A DNA stretch of 62,860 nucleotides, counting the filler, from Dicyema japonicum (Eukaryota; Animalia; Dicyemida): NCBI GenBank assembly GCA_011109175.1. It is 9 parts of 9 records of this genome, joined end to end, with 100 filler letters (N's around TTAATTAATTAA, not from the genome) between each part and the next. Parts side by side here need not be neighbours in the genome. Positions count along the whole stretch, not along the records: positions 61,296 to 62,860 come from RDEW01000199.1; 8 more parts are not named here. One strand, given 5' to 3'. The notes beneath the pieces were generated by a model. The model was not told the origin of the DNA. It saw nothing but the letters and a program-made list of their open reading frames with translations, and made no database searches. The number at the start of each line of letters is the position of its first letter. Position 1 is the stretch's first letter. The translations under genes and the position numbers were made by a program. This document shows, one piece after another, positions 62,301-62,860 of the stretch.

Positions 62301-62860
62301 ATGTCTTTATCATGTCTAAATGCAAAATCCTTGTTTTCCATCGCCACATACAATGTTCGTGGCCTCTCATCTCTGATCAAGAAGGAACTATTATCCGAAG
62401 ATCTGTCCCGTTACAAAATCGACATTTGCTGCATACAGGAAACAAAGAACGCCCTAGGATCCGATGAAACCATTGGTAACTACCGGATTCTTCTACTCCC
62501 ATCAGAAAATCGACATTACGGTCTTGGTTTTGCAATTAACTCGAACCTAGTGAACTGCTTGCATAAAGTATGGACAGTCAGTGATCGTGTTGCCGTTATG
62601 CAATTGTGTTTATCATCTACAAGTAATACTATGATGACTGTTATCAATGTATATGCCCCACACATGGACAGAGTTTCCAAAAATATGGATGAGTTGGAAG
62701 AGTTTTATCAAATCCTATCTAATATATATATGCGAGTTCATCGATCTGCACTTATATTTATCTGTGGTGACTGGAATGCCAAGGCTGGCATGAGAAGGCA
62801 CGACGAAGTCTGTATGGGAAAATATGGCAGAGGGTATCGTAATCTCTCTGGACACTCACT
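62301..62860 (+). CDS. RTE-like APE endonuclease ORF, open to the window end
   Basis: MSLS..IATYNVRG, CIQETK, YGLGFA, INVYAP, GDWNAK; no stop. Confidence 0.85.
   Translation, partial: MSLSCLNAKSLFSIATYNVRGLSSLIKKELLSEDLSRYKIDICCIQETKNALGSDETIGNYRILLLPSENRHYGLGFAINSNLVNCLHKVWTVSDRVAVMQLCLSSTSNTMMTVINVYAPHMDRVSKNMDELEEFYQILSNIYMRVHRSALIFICGDWNAKAGMRRHDEVCMGKYGRGYRNLSGHS

Overview
AT-rich eukaryotic draft scaffold, not prokaryotic. Several gaps carry an artificial N-TTAATTAATTAA-N linker and there are single-N contig joins, so long-range adjacency is unreliable. Animal-type but very divergent histones, a 7TM receptor-like gene and 24-36 nt GT-AG introns suggest a reduced metazoan parasite (dicyemid- or myxozoan-like; unverified). 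Most of the window is transposon debris: hAT, Tc1, pogo/Tigger, MULE, spliced integrase elements, and non-LTR clades ingi/Vingi-like, RTE, CRE-like and R2/R4-like. Two systems stand out. (1) An ingi/Vingi-like LINE family and a short non-autonomous partner share a 5' HDV-like ribozyme fold with compensatory base changes and a 3' stem-loop plus (TAAA/TAA)n tail; the LINE also has a 2A-like peptide before the APE domain. (2) A ~3.2 kb tandem histone quartet (H3+, H2A-, H4+, H2B+; no H1) lacks the metazoan 3' stem-loop, has AATAAA just after each stop, and repeats one 18-bp motif (TTTCGGAATGATACTTTT) at all four promoters. An intact 3-intron HHCC-DDE integrase gene and a candidate 15-nt intron are also notable. 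All family assignments come from motif recognition by eye; no searches were run.
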